This document shows positions 49,482-60,011 of a stretch of 64,000 nt of DNA, in pieces. Position numbers and translations under genes: made by a program. The DNA is from Candidatus Woesebacteria bacterium (GTDB lineage: Bacteria > Patescibacteriota > Microgenomatia > UBA8517): contig CP058602.1 of assembly GCA_013426185.1 (NCBI GenBank), positions 206,873 to 270,872 on the forward strand, read 5' to 3'. The notes under the pieces were generated by a model that had not been told where the DNA came from, did not search any database, and saw only the letters and a program-made list of their open reading frames with translations. Position 1 is the stretch's first letter. Every line of letters starts with the position of its first letter.

Positions 49482-50593
49482 TTCTTCAATAATTCCAAAA
49501 CCTCATTCAAGAATAATTCTCTAAATCTATCAAAAGAGAACCTCTGCAAATTACTTTTAAAATCATCGCGGTTAAATCTCATTTTAGCAAATCTATTAAT
49601 TGCGTCAACTAAAGAAAAAACATCTTGCTTATCAAAAAATACTCCAGTTTTTTCCTCCAACACTGTCTCGCAAGCACCTCCTTTTCTGTAGGCAATAACG
49701 GGAAGAAAATGACTTTGAGCCTCAAGCGAAACAAGACCAAAATCCTCATACTGAGGCATTATCAAAGCCTTAGCGTTTTGATAGTAGAAAGCCAAAGCTC
49801 TATCATCCACATTTCCAAGAAGTTTAATATTAGGCCCCGCTTTTCTTTTGAGAAAGAACATCTGGCTTCCAGTTCCAATCACTACCAAATTATTCCCCAA
49901 TTGATTGAAAGCTTCCACAACCAAATCTACTTTTTTATAAGGCTCAAGCCTTGAAACTACTAAATAGTAATCCTGAGGATTGAAACCAAGATCAAGATGT
50001 AACGGATTTTTAAAATTAGTGTCTCCGAAATAAATTGGCGGATAAATTACCTCAGATTCTAAACCGTAATACTTCTTAACCCTTTTTCTTACTTCTTGAG
50101 AAATACTAACAATTTTATCAGGACGAAAGGCAGAAATTTTATCCCAATAATGCAAATAAGAAACAATCGGCCTAGATAAAAATCTTAAAACTCCATTCTT
50201 AAAATAATCATCATAATGGCTCCACAAATAGCGAGTAGGAGTCAATAAATAGCAGAGATATTTTGTCTTCGGTTTTGTAATTATCCCTTTGGCAGCCTCG
50301 CTCGTAAGAGAAATCACAAGATCGTAGTTGTCAAAATTGAAAGATTCAAAAGCAAGAGGCATAAGCCAAGGCAAACCTTGATGAAAAGATTTAGCAAAAG
50401 GTATTTTTTGCAGAAATGAAGTATAAACATTAGGAAAGACTTTAGCCCAAGACGCAGTCTTTGGATTATAAACGGAAGTAAAAAGATCAGCTTTGGGGAA
50501 AATCTTATAAAGAGCAAGTAAAACCCTTTCTGCCCCTCCCCATTTATTTACTCTATCATAGACTAAGGCAACTCTAAGATCCTCTATTTCCAT
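49478..50593 (-). CDS. GT4 glycosyltransferase (WbaZ-like)
   Basis: GGAERV, TPTRYLW, VSRL, EDFGLVSLEAQ. Confidence 0.9.
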   Translation of the reverse strand: MEIEDLRVALVYDRVNKWGGAERVLLALYKIFPKADLFTSVYNPKTASWAKVFPNVYTSFLQKIPFAKSFHQGLPWLMPLAFESFNFDNYDLVISLTSEAAKGIITKPKTKYLCYLLTPTRYLWSHYDDYFKNGVLRFLSRPIVSYLHYWDKISAFRPDKIVSISQEVRKRVKKYYGLESEVIYPPIYFGDTNFKNPLHLDLGFNPQDYYLVVSRLEPYKKVDLVVEAFNQLGNNLVVIGTGSQMFFLKRKAGPNIKLLGNVDDRALAFYYQNAKALIMPQYEDFGLVSLEAQSHFLPVIAYRKGGACETVLEEKTGVFFDKQDVFSLVDAINRFAKMRFNRDDFKSNLQRFSFDRFRELFLNEVLELLKK

Positions 50594-50690
50594 TGATCAA
50601 TTCTACTACAAGAACAAAATTAGCTTCAAAATTGTTAAAATTATTTCTCCCCTTACTTGTGTTATATAAAAACCAACCTAAATAACCAGT

Positions 50691-51827
50691 CTAACCTATC
50701 AAAACTTCATTATAAGAATTAATTACGATTTTGGTCATATCCGACCAAGAATATCTTTTCAATAGTTCTTGAGCACTTTCTATTTTCCTTTTTCTTTCAT
50801 TATCTTTCATTTCTAAGACAGAAATTATGATCCGCGCCAAATCTTTAGGATCTTGAGGGTTAAAATAGAAGCAAGAGTTTTGATAAACTTCTCTAAAGAC
50901 TGGTATATCACTCGCTAAAAGTAAAGTCCCAGCTGCTATTGCCTCAAGACCCGGCAGTCCAAAACCTTCAGAGAGAGAAGGAAAAACATAAGCCAAAGAA
51001 TAATGCATTAGAGAAGCCAAATCACGATCAGGCACAAAATCCAAAAAAATAACTCTATCCTCTAATCCCATTCTTCTGGCTTCTTGCTCAAGTTTTTGTC
51101 TGAAATTATTTCGAGGTGAGACAACTAAAAAAATAAAATCCTTAATTCCTTTCTTCTCCAAATACTTGATAGAGTCCAAAACTAGAGTCAAGTTTTTATG
51201 AGGATAGGAATTTCCACAATACATCACGTATTTACCTGATAAATTATACCTTACGTACAAATTTTCTATACCCACAAATTCATCTATAAATTTTTTGTCC
51301 ACTCCCTCATATGTGACCCTTATTTTAGACATTTTTACTTTAAAATTTTCAATTAGTTCTTTTGCAACAGCTTTTGTGGGAACAAAGATAAGCCTTGATC
51401 TAACAACAGCATGCTTAAATACTACAGAATAGAAAAATCTTTTGATTTGATACAAAGGATATGGAAGAGTAGTACTTGAAACTCCTTTAAACTTGTGCAT
51501 TAACATATCATGGATTGTAACCACATATTTACCAAAATAAAAAACAGGCATATTAAAATGAGGAAAATGAACAAGATCCGGCTTCTCGCGATACAGGATA
51601 AAAGGCAATAAAATCTGCTCTAAAACCGAATAATGCCTTATATCAAGACAAATCTTCTTAAAGTTAGAAGGCAACTTCAATTCATTGAAGTACTTTTTTC
51701 TTAAAATGATGACAAAATTAAATTCTGTATCTTCTGTTTTTTTTAACTCATCAATCAAACTAACCAGATACCTTCCCAAACCCATATTTTCAATACCATA
51801 AAGTCTTGCGTCTATAACAATTTTCAT
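50691..51827 (-). CDS. GT4 glycosyltransferase
   Basis: IDAR, GLGRY, TIHD, FPSLSEGFGLPGLEA. Confidence 0.92.
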   Translation of the reverse strand: MKIVIDARLYGIENMGLGRYLVSLIDELKKTEDTEFNFVIILRKKYFNELKLPSNFKKICLDIRHYSVLEQILLPFILYREKPDLVHFPHFNMPVFYFGKYVVTIHDMLMHKFKGVSSTTLPYPLYQIKRFFYSVVFKHAVVRSRLIFVPTKAVAKELIENFKVKMSKIRVTYEGVDKKFIDEFVGIENLYVRYNLSGKYVMYCGNSYPHKNLTLVLDSIKYLEKKGIKDFIFLVVSPRNNFRQKLEQEARRMGLEDRVIFLDFVPDRDLASLMHYSLAYVFPSLSEGFGLPGLEAIAAGTLLLASDIPVFREVYQNSCFYFNPQDPKDLARIIISVLEMKDNERKRKIESAQELLKRYSWSDMTKIVINSYNEVLIG

Positions 51828-52756
51828 CTTAAGTCAAAAATCAACCACTCCAAAAACGTCTTGATAATTCTTGTTAATAAAACCAATTTAATTCCCACCA
51901 AAACTAAATAATTGACAAGAAGCGGGTATTTCTGCCAAAGTCTTTTGCGATAAAAAACCTCCATAGATTTGACTCCCTGGCTTCTTATTTTTATTTTTTC
52001 TCCAAGATTAACCTTGCGTCTTCTATCAGAAACTAATTTTCCCTTACTAACACCCTTCAAGTGAAGGATTTTAACCTTAGGATAATAGACCAACTTCCAA
52101 CCTTTCTCCTTTATTCTCCAAGAAAGATCTATATCCTCCCCATCAAGAAAATAATCCTCATCAAACCAGCCAACATCATCTAATATCTTCTTTCTTGTCA
52201 TAAAAAATGCTCCCTGCAAAGCATCAACTTCATGAATTTCATTTTCAGAAATATACCCATACCAATACCTTCCAAAAATAGGAGATTTGGGAAAGAGTCT
52301 ATCAAGCCTTAAGACCAGATGAATTAAGCCAATCCAAGGAGTAATAAAACTCCTTCTTGTGTCCTTATCTAGCTCCCCATTTGGCAAGACCAACTTGCAA
52401 CTTATCACTCCAACTTCCTTATTTTCATCAAGATATTTAACGGTTTCCTTAATAGCATTGGGGTAAACAACAGTATCCGAATTCAAAAAAAGAACGTATT
52501 TCCCTCTAACTTTATCCTTCGCTCTATTATTGCCAGCCGCAAAACCAAGGTTCTTTTCATTTTTTACCAAAATAACTTCAGGGAATTCCTTTTGAACAAT
52601 AGAGACACTTTTGTCACTCGAGGCATTATCAACTACAATCACCTCAAAATCAGCTTCATTTTTAACCTTCTTTAAAGAAGAAAGACAATCAAAAAGTAAA
52701 TCACAAGTATTATAATTTAAAATAACAATTGAAAGCTTGGGGTTTCCCTTCTTCAT
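51824..52756 (-). CDS. GT2 glycosyltransferase
   Basis: VDNASSD, GFAAGNN, LNSD, FDEDYF..GEDID. Confidence 0.92.
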   Translation of the reverse strand: MKKGNPKLSIVILNYNTCDLLFDCLSSLKKVKNEADFEVIVVDNASSDKSVSIVQKEFPEVILVKNEKNLGFAAGNNRAKDKVRGKYVLFLNSDTVVYPNAIKETVKYLDENKEVGVISCKLVLPNGELDKDTRRSFITPWIGLIHLVLRLDRLFPKSPIFGRYWYGYISENEIHEVDALQGAFFMTRKKILDDVGWFDEDYFLDGEDIDLSWRIKEKGWKLVYYPKVKILHLKGVSKGKLVSDRRRKVNLGEKIKIRSQGVKSMEVFYRKRLWQKYPLLVNYLVLVGIKLVLLTRIIKTFLEWLIFDLR

Positions 52757-52758
52757 TA

Positions 52759-53961
52759 TTATTCACTTTTTGCAGTCTCTTTATAAATCTTATCAAGTTT
52801 ATCTGAAATAACACTCCAGCTAAAATTTTTCTCCACTAAAAGACGAGCGTTAACTGCAAGTTCCTTTGCTTTTTGAGGATGAGTTAAAATAAATACGGCT
52901 TTTTCTGCCATCTTTTCAAAATCATCCTCAACCAAGATATGCTTTCCTTCAATAGCATCGAGGCCCTCAGCACCAACCGTCGTTGTCAAAAGAGGTAGTT
53001 TTGAAGCCATGGCCGCAAAATGCTTTAACCTTGTACCACCTGGGCCTTTCAGAGGAGAAATAAAAATAGAAGACTCGCAGTACGCCTTTCTTATCGTCTC
53101 CTCATCATCATAATCAAGATCGCTAACAATTACATTGTCACTACTTTTCTTCTTGATTTTATCTGGCACGTGCTGGCCAACTATCCAAAGTTTGCACTTT
53201 GGCAATTTCTGCAAGACCATTGGAAAAACTATATCAAGCAAGGCTTCTGCTGCTTCAGTATTTTGTAACCATTTAAAATTAGCAACAAAGAGAATCTTCG
53301 GATTTTCATCTTCCCAATTATCCTTAACTCGAAAGAAATCAAGATCAACACCATTGGGCAAAATGTCAACATCCAAATGAGGTGAAACCTTAAGCATTTC
53401 TCTTTTATCAGCCTCAGAAACCGCTACTACTTTGTTTGCCTTTTCCCAATATTTTTTCTCCCAATATTTTAGCTTAATAACATCAATCAAAAATAAAGGC
53501 TTCAAGAAAAGCCAAGCTTGCTCATCTACATAATGCTTATAGACCAAATATTCAATAGTCTGGTCAACTAAAAGTATCGGAATCTTAGTCTCTGGTATGT
53601 GAGGCATTACATAGAATGTTTCAGCGTGGATAATATCATACGGCGAATCTCTCAATTCTTTTTCAACCGCTTCTTTCTCCTCATTAACAAGATTGCGAAT
53701 AACCAAAAAGGGATAAGTGCCAAAACCAGTTCTCAAGATATTATTCAAAGTCCAAGGGCTCATTGATCTCTTGAAAACTTTCACTTTATGGCAATACTTT
53801 TCAAGCTCCGAAACATATTTTTTCTCATCATCGCTTTTGATCAAAGAAAAGAGAGTTATCTCATGTTTATCCGAAAGATGTTTGATAAGGTTATAAGACC
53901 TAATCTGTCCTCCTGAGGAAGGAGGAAAAGGCAAATATGGTGTTAGCATTAATATTTTCAT
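52759..53961 (-). CDS. GT4 glycosyltransferase
   Basis: GGQIR, AVSEAD, PNGVD, GGTRLK...AMA. Confidence 0.9.
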   Translation of the reverse strand: MKILMLTPYLPFPPSSGGQIRSYNLIKHLSDKHEITLFSLIKSDDEKKYVSELEKYCHKVKVFKRSMSPWTLNNILRTGFGTYPFLVIRNLVNEEKEAVEKELRDSPYDIIHAETFYVMPHIPETKIPILLVDQTIEYLVYKHYVDEQAWLFLKPLFLIDVIKLKYWEKKYWEKANKVVAVSEADKREMLKVSPHLDVDILPNGVDLDFFRVKDNWEDENPKILFVANFKWLQNTEAAEALLDIVFPMVLQKLPKCKLWIVGQHVPDKIKKKSSDNVIVSDLDYDDEETIRKAYCESSIFISPLKGPGGTRLKHFAAMASKLPLLTTTVGAEGLDAIEGKHILVEDDFEKMAEKAVFILTHPQKAKELAVNARLLVEKNFSWSVISDKLDKIYKETAKSE

Positions 53962-55406
53962 TTTTTGTTCTTAGTTAGGTCGGCTATAAAATAACTATCA
54001 GTCTCTTTAATCACCAAAAAATTAGATTTTATATATTTTGAGTCTTGGCTTTCCTTTTCAACTGAAACATAATAATCAGCTCCTCTTTCTTTTATCAATT
54101 TTTCAAAAGATGTGTCAACAGCAGGCCAACCAAAGCGCTTAGTCTGATACAAAAAAGCCGTATCACCATTGTAAGGAGCAATAACTCTTGCATCCTTTGG
54201 AGTTAGTTCATCAACAGCTCTGCCTGCTTCAATTATTTCAGGATGGTTAATTTGATAATAATCTTTAACTTTGTAAAAAGACATAAAAAACATCATAAAA
54301 CAAAAGAAAGACCAAATCAAAATTTTTCCAAAATCAAGACCTGAAAGCAGAAAATAACTCCCCTGTGCCAAAGCCAAAGAAACAGCAGGGACAACAAATA
54401 TCTGGTAATAATCATGTCTCACATTAGCAGACGCAAAAATTGAGACATATAAAAACATACCAATCAAAAAGAAACGAATAAAATTACTTTTTTGTTTATT
54501 AATTAATCCCAATCCAAAAAGAAATATTCCATAAATACCCAATATTAGATACCCCAGCCTTTCACCAAAAATCCAACGCCAAAAAGCAGGATGGAAACGA
54601 ATTAAGTCTCCGTTAAAAGACCATTCCATAAAAGGAATCCCTGCCGGGAATTTGTTGACCCAGACGCGCCAAAGGAAAAAAGGCAAAAGGATAATAGCAA
54701 GAAATACAACAATCTTAATAAAATTACTCGCTTTCTTGAAAATACCACCAAGAGAATATTTTTCTAAAAATAAAAGCAAAATCGGCATAAAATAAAAGAT
54801 TGCATGGGGTTTAACCAAAACCGACAAAGCCAAAAACAAGGAAGAAAGATAAAAAAACAAAATCTTCCCTCTATCTAAAAAATTAACAAAGAGGACTAAA
54901 GAAAAAAGAGCTAAACTGACGGCTGTCGGCTCAGGCAAAATAACACGCGAATAATATATGTTATAAGGCAAAAATGCAAAGAATAAGGCTGCCAAAACCC
55001 CTCCCCAAGAAGAGATAAACCTTTTCCCCAAAAGATAAATAAAAACAATTGAGAAAAGAGAAAAAATAACACTTGTCATCCTTCCCCAACCATCAAAAGT
55101 CAAAGGACCATCCAACCTTGCAAGTAAAGTATGAACTATATTAAAAAAAGGAAATTCAACAAAACGATAGCCTTGAGGATTAAAAAAACCAGATTGAATA
55201 CTTGAGATATCATAATAACGAGGATGAAGGATATCAATACCGTCGTTAAAATAAATACGAGAAACAGAAGCAGTATCAGCTTGACGCCAAGAGTGCCAAT
55301 CAGCAACCGGGCTATTAATCTTATAGAGCCTCGCCAAAAAAGCAAAAACTAAAATCAAAAACAAAAAGAACTCTTCCTTTAAAAAGATAAATCTTTTTTT
55401 TCTCAT
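53958..55406 (-). CDS. GT-C (ArnT/PMT-like) membrane glycosyltransferase
   Basis: DWHSWRQADT loop after TM1, EFP, YYSR..LPE, HDYYQ; many TMs. Confidence 0.8.
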   Translation of the reverse strand: MRKKRFIFLKEEFFLFLILVFAFLARLYKINSPVADWHSWRQADTASVSRIYFNDGIDILHPRYYDISSIQSGFFNPQGYRFVEFPFFNIVHTLLARLDGPLTFDGWGRMTSVIFSLFSIVFIYLLGKRFISSWGGVLAALFFAFLPYNIYYSRVILPEPTAVSLALFSLVLFVNFLDRGKILFFYLSSLFLALSVLVKPHAIFYFMPILLLFLEKYSLGGIFKKASNFIKIVVFLAIILLPFFLWRVWVNKFPAGIPFMEWSFNGDLIRFHPAFWRWIFGERLGYLILGIYGIFLFGLGLINKQKSNFIRFFLIGMFLYVSIFASANVRHDYYQIFVVPAVSLALAQGSYFLLSGLDFGKILIWSFFCFMMFFMSFYKVKDYYQINHPEIIEAGRAVDELTPKDARVIAPYNGDTAFLYQTKRFGWPAVDTSFEKLIKERGADYYVSVEKESQDSKYIKSNFLVIKETDSYFIADLTKNKK

Positions 55407-56857
55407 ATTCTTTTGACAGCCCTAAAATTATAATCCAGATACCCAAAAGTTACTCCAAGTAAAAGCCAAAGTAAAGAAGCTATTTTACTTGCCTCAAAAA
55501 CGTCAATCAAGAAACTGTTGATAATAAAGGCAAAAAACAAGGCTATAACAGCCGAAATATAATATCTCAAAAAACCTGACGACTTTTTCCAAAAATAAAA
55601 CAGTCTTTTAAAGATTAAATAAATCAATATGACAAAAGTAAAAAAACCAAGAATTCCTACCTCTGCCAAAAGCCTTAAGAAATCATTATCAGTTGCAAGC
55701 TCTACTGAAGAATAGCCACTTCCCAAGAAGGGGTTTCTTAAAAACGCTCGCCAAGCCCTTGGCCACTCAACTTTAGTTCTAATCTCAAAAGAGCGATAAA
55801 CCGCAACTTCAGCAATATTAACGGGTTCTCCCGGAACGACATCGGCCGGTAAGTTTTCGCCGACATCAAGTCTTTTACCGCTTGAAGGCAGTGTCGGGAT
55901 ATTAAGCTGACTTCTTTTTTCCTGCTCTTTGTTTACAGCGCTAAATGAAATCCACTCTTTAGATATATTAACCTTAATTGTCAAAAGAAAACGATCGCGA
56001 AGTTGTGAAGGATAAGCCAAAATTGCAAGGAAGATCAAGACAGAAAAAAGAATAAGCTTCTTTTTATTAAGTAAAAGTAGCAGAAAGACAACACCAAGAA
56101 AAAGGGCAATAAAAGAAAGGCGTGCCGCAGTTAACATAAAAACATAAAAAGAGAGTCCCAAAGCAAAAATTAAAAGAAGAAAGACAAAAAACTTTATCTT
56201 ATCCTTTCTAACAAAAGGTAAGAGATAGACGACAAAAGAAACTAGAAGAAGCATCATCATTACCAAAAATACAGCCAAATCGTAATGTCCAGCAAAAGTA
56301 GAATTTACTCTCTGGCCAGGAACAAGATAAACGATTTTTCCTTTTGAGAGCTCTGTATTTATAGTTGAAATACTGGGAAAGTGAAAATAAAGCTGACCTA
56401 CAGCATAAAAGTTAACAATAAAAAGAGAAATAAATAAAGTCAAAAGAAACAAAGTAAATCTTCGCTTATTTATAGGAATAGTCATTCCCAAAAAAACAAG
56501 AATCAAAAGTTCAACTCTTCTTAAAAAATGAAAAACAACTGCAGAAAAAGAAACAGTTTGAATCAAGGATATAGCAGAATAAGAGGACACGATTCCTACT
56601 AACCAAAACAAAACAGCGGCTTGAAAAATTCTATTCTTAATTAAATCTTTCCACTTACCAGAAAAGAAAATATAAAAACTAAAAGACAATACAGTGAAAA
56701 GAATAAGAAAATCTTCAAGCCTCACCGAAACCACCATCCTGGGTAGTTCAATAAAAGGAAATTTCTGATACAAAAGGACAAACACCAAGACAGAAAGGAT
56801 AAGCCAAAACAAAAACTCTTCAAATTTGCTTAAGTATTTGTGCATAAGTTTTCGCAT
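55403..56857 (-). CDS. O-antigen ligase/polymerase-like membrane protein
   Basis: RVNSTF, LTAAR, NPFLGSG, DNDFLRLLAEVGILG; start uncertain. Confidence 0.8.
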   Translation of the reverse strand: MRKLMHKYLSKFEEFLFWLILSVLVFVLLYQKFPFIELPRMVVSVRLEDFLILFTVLSFSFYIFFSGKWKDLIKNRIFQAAVLFWLVGIVSSYSAISLIQTVSFSAVVFHFLRRVELLILVFLGMTIPINKRRFTLFLLTLFISLFIVNFYAVGQLYFHFPSISTINTELSKGKIVYLVPGQRVNSTFAGHYDLAVFLVMMMLLLVSFVVYLLPFVRKDKIKFFVFLLLIFALGLSFYVFMLTAARLSFIALFLGVVFLLLLLNKKKLILFSVLIFLAILAYPSQLRDRFLLTIKVNISKEWISFSAVNKEQEKRSQLNIPTLPSSGKRLDVGENLPADVVPGEPVNIAEVAVYRSFEIRTKVEWPRAWRAFLRNPFLGSGYSSVELATDNDFLRLLAEVGILGFFTFVILIYLIFKRLFYFWKKSSGFLRYYISAVIALFFAFIINSFLIDVFEASKIASLLWLLLGVTFGYLDYNFRAVKRI

Positions 56858-57716
56858 AACTAACCTTACCAACAAAAAGAAAAGCCACCGACCTTAAAGC
56901 TACAAAAAGATAAATTAAAAATAAAAGAAAAGTTCTTGACAGCTCGCCAAAATGTTTTTCATAGAAATACAAAAGCCCTCTAAATTCCCCCAGCCATTGC
57001 CTCAGCTGAGGTTTATCTAAACTAGCACCACCAAGATGAATTATTTCTGCTTTATCGGTAAAACCAATTTTAAATCCTGCCTTTTTTGCCCTGAAACAAA
57101 AATCAACATCTTCTCCATACATAAAAATCTTATCATCCAAAAATCCTATTTTTTCAAACACTTTTTTTGAGACCAGCATTGCAGCGCCTGCAACCCAACC
57201 AACCAAGGCTCCATCTTTAAAGTATTTCAGGTTTCTTTCCTGATAAGAAGGAAGCCTTAAGATAGGGCGAAAAATATCATCAAGCCCCGATATCCAAAAA
57301 AACAAAGGCCAAAAATAAGGCAATTCTCCTCCACTTGGTTGAAAACTCATATCAGGATTAAGTAGCTTAGGAGAACAAATATCAAAGCCTGACTTGGCAA
57401 AACTATAAAGTTTGTCAAGAGAGCCTTCCAAAACTTCCGTATCTGAATTGAGAATTAAAAAATATTCAGCTTTATTTAGATATCGCTTGAGTGCCAAATT
57501 ATTTCCCCCGGCAAACCCCAAATTCCTGTCTGAAGCAATAAAATCTACATCTTTAAATTTTGGCTTAAGGTAATCAAGAGATCCATCATTTGAAGCATTG
57601 TCAACCACCACAATCTTGACCTTCCTACGCCATTTCTTATCCAAAATGCTTTTGATGCACTTTTCAGTTAACGCTTTGGTATTGTAATTTAGAATAACTA
57701 CTAAGATATTAGTCAC
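56820..57716 (-). CDS. GT2 glycosyltransferase
   Basis: VDNASND, GFAGGNN, LNSD, FMYGEDVD; GTG start inferred. Confidence 0.9.
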   Translation of the reverse strand: MTNILVVILNYNTKALTEKCIKSILDKKWRRKVKIVVVDNASNDGSLDYLKPKFKDVDFIASDRNLGFAGGNNLALKRYLNKAEYFLILNSDTEVLEGSLDKLYSFAKSGFDICSPKLLNPDMSFQPSGGELPYFWPLFFWISGLDDIFRPILRLPSYQERNLKYFKDGALVGWVAGAAMLVSKKVFEKIGFLDDKIFMYGEDVDFCFRAKKAGFKIGFTDKAEIIHLGGASLDKPQLRQWLGEFRGLLYFYEKHFGELSRTFLLFLIYLFVALRSVAFLFVGKVSYAKTYAQILKQI

Positions 57717-58272
57717 AGCTAATTTTTCGAACAAAATTATATAAAAGGATAACTATCAAATTAATTCCCGCCCAAACCCCCAGTCTATTTATGATTTTGG
57801 TTGGATAATAACGCAAAGTAACTTTCGTCTCATAAAGCATCCCACCGGCAGCAAAACGAGTAGCCCCATCGTATCTTGGTTCTTTAGTCTTTTCATCAAA
57901 AGGCTCAAGCCCATTAACAAACAAGGAACCACGCAGAGGATAGACATATTCTTCAAGATAAGTGCTTTGGGTTTGATCTTTTATATAATTAAAGGCATAT
58001 TCAGGAGGATGATTCAAAGTTAGAGGAGGAAAAGGAAATTTAGTCATAAACTGAAACTGATCGCGATAGTATTTAGTCACAAAAGAGCGATAGTTGTCAG
58101 AAAAATAAGCAGAGATATTAGGTACTTCAACTGTATCGCCACTTAATTCAGATTTCGTTGATTGAGGCAAGGAAGCAAAATCGGAAATTTTCTTCGGCTC
58201 AAAAGGCCAGACCAAATACAAGAGGAAAACAAAAGAAAAAATAAAAAAAAGAAGATTTAAGAAAATTCGCAT
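57709..58272 (-). CDS. Hypothetical protein with two terminal TM segments
   Basis: Overlaps both neighbours in the operon; LNHPPE..STYLEE motif. Confidence 0.7.
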   Translation of the reverse strand: MRIFLNLLFFIFSFVFLLYLVWPFEPKKISDFASLPQSTKSELSGDTVEVPNISAYFSDNYRSFVTKYYRDQFQFMTKFPFPPLTLNHPPEYAFNYIKDQTQSTYLEEYVYPLRGSLFVNGLEPFDEKTKEPRYDGATRFAAGGMLYETKVTLRYYPTKIINRLGVWAGINLIVILLYNFVRKISCD

Positions 58273-58877
58273 TATTGGAAAAGTCTTGCTCTGCCAAGGC
58301 GATAATTTAATTCTTTCAATTTCCTTTCTCCTATCACCCTGGCAGGCACTCCACCAACTATTTCAAAATCACCAACATCTTTGGTAACAACAGCTCCTGC
58401 TGCAACAACTGCTCCTTTGCCTATTTTAACTCCAGGCAAGATAATAACCCGAGGTCCGATAAAACAATAATCACCTATGACAACAGGCTCATTTATTGCC
58501 TTAAAATCTTTATCTGCCAAATCGTGCTCGGAATTAAAAATCATTACAGAGGAGGCAATGTCTGTATGACTTCCAATGATTATTTTGTCCCTACCATCCA
58601 AAAAAGCATGATCCCCAATGATAGTATCCTCCCCAACAACTATATTCTTAGGATCAAAAAAACTAGCCCACATGTGGAAAGTTGAACCACGACCAATCTT
58701 TATTCCAAAAAGACGATAGATATTGTTTCTTATGATATGCGAGGGAACGTGCCCCACCCAGCGAAGAAGCATCAACTCAAAATCAAGAAAATAATTATAA
58801 AACCTATTGGTTATCTTCCTTAAAGCCTCGCTCCAGCTAAGACTTTGACCATGTTTATCTTTAAAAAAACTTTTCAT
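58272..58877 (-). CDS. Hexapeptide-repeat (LbH) O-acetyltransferase
   Basis: VIGDYCFIG, ILPGVKIGKGAVVAAGAVVTKD, GGVPA. Confidence 0.92.
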   Translation of the reverse strand: MKSFFKDKHGQSLSWSEALRKITNRFYNYFLDFELMLLRWVGHVPSHIIRNNIYRLFGIKIGRGSTFHMWASFFDPKNIVVGEDTIIGDHAFLDGRDKIIIGSHTDIASSVMIFNSEHDLADKDFKAINEPVVIGDYCFIGPRVIILPGVKIGKGAVVAAGAVVTKDVGDFEIVGGVPARVIGERKLKELNYRLGRARLFQ

Positions 58878-60010
58878 TTTCCTAATATTTTATCAAAGAA
58901 AGACAAAGTTTCTTTAGCCGTTTTCTCCCAAGAAAAAAGCTGAGCGCGTTTAATTCCCTTCTTAACCAATTCATTATACTCTTTTTCCCTCATACCAAGC
59001 ACTTTCTTAATACCATCTGCAATTGACTGGACACAATAAGGATCAACCAAAATCCCAGCATCACGAACCACTTCAGGAAAGCTCGCGATGTTTGAGACCA
59101 CAACAGGTGTTCCACAAGCCATAGATTCAAGCGCAATTAACCCAAATCCTTCCCAAAAAGACGGGCTAACAAAAACACGAGCGCCTGAAATTAATCCCGG
59201 CTTATCTATTTCATCAACAAAATCGGTAAAGATAACTTTCTTTTCAATACCCAACTTTTTTACTTTCTCAAAGATATTCTCAAAAAGCCAACCCTTTTTA
59301 CCAGCAATCACCAATTGATAATCAGGGAATTCCTCTTTTATTTTTGCAAAAGCCTCAATTAGACCCTCAATATTTTTACTTGGCTTTAAAGTTCCAAGAT
59401 AGAGGATATAGTTTTTACCAATTTTATACTTTCTTTGCACCTGTCGCACATTATCTTTAGGGATTGGAAAGTAAAATCTTTCCTTGTCATAGCCAAGATA
59501 AGTTACAGTAATCTTGCGGGAAGCAAAAGGATAATGTCGCAAAATATCACGAGCAGTTTCTTTTGAGATGGCTATGATACCTTTTGATACAAAAATAGAG
59601 ATAGCACTCCAATACTTTAACTGCCAAAACACTTTTTTTTCAAATTGTTCCGAAAATTCAAGATATCCTAAGTCCATTATGGAAACCACTCTTGGAATAC
59701 TTAAAAAGGGCACTGTATAATGGCTAGGAGAAAATAAAAGATCTAACTTGTCTTGATTAGCCCAAAGATAAGGCATCAGCCTTGTCAAAATCCAAAGGCC
59801 CTTTCCGGGTATAACTTTGTACTCCCAAAAATTAGGCACAGGAAGAGGCATATCAGAACGAGGTTTTGAGGCCAGATATACCATAAACCTATAGTTTCCT
59901 TTAATTTTATCCTGTAGTTTATAGAGGGACCAGAGCAAATTAAAGGCATAGATATTAACTCCTACTTTATTTTCAATGTTTGCCTCATTTCCATCTATTC
60001 CAATTATCAT
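58874..60010 (-). CDS. GT4 glycosyltransferase
   Basis: GTLKPSKN, PSFWEGFGLIALESMACG. Confidence 0.92.
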   Translation of the reverse strand: MIIGIDGNEANIENKVGVNIYAFNLLWSLYKLQDKIKGNYRFMVYLASKPRSDMPLPVPNFWEYKVIPGKGLWILTRLMPYLWANQDKLDLLFSPSHYTVPFLSIPRVVSIMDLGYLEFSEQFEKKVFWQLKYWSAISIFVSKGIIAISKETARDILRHYPFASRKITVTYLGYDKERFYFPIPKDNVRQVQRKYKIGKNYILYLGTLKPSKNIEGLIEAFAKIKEEFPDYQLVIAGKKGWLFENIFEKVKKLGIEKKVIFTDFVDEIDKPGLISGARVFVSPSFWEGFGLIALESMACGTPVVVSNIASFPEVVRDAGILVDPYCVQSIADGIKKVLGMREKEYNELVKKGIKRAQLFSWEKTAKETLSFFDKILGK

Positions 60011-60011
60011 A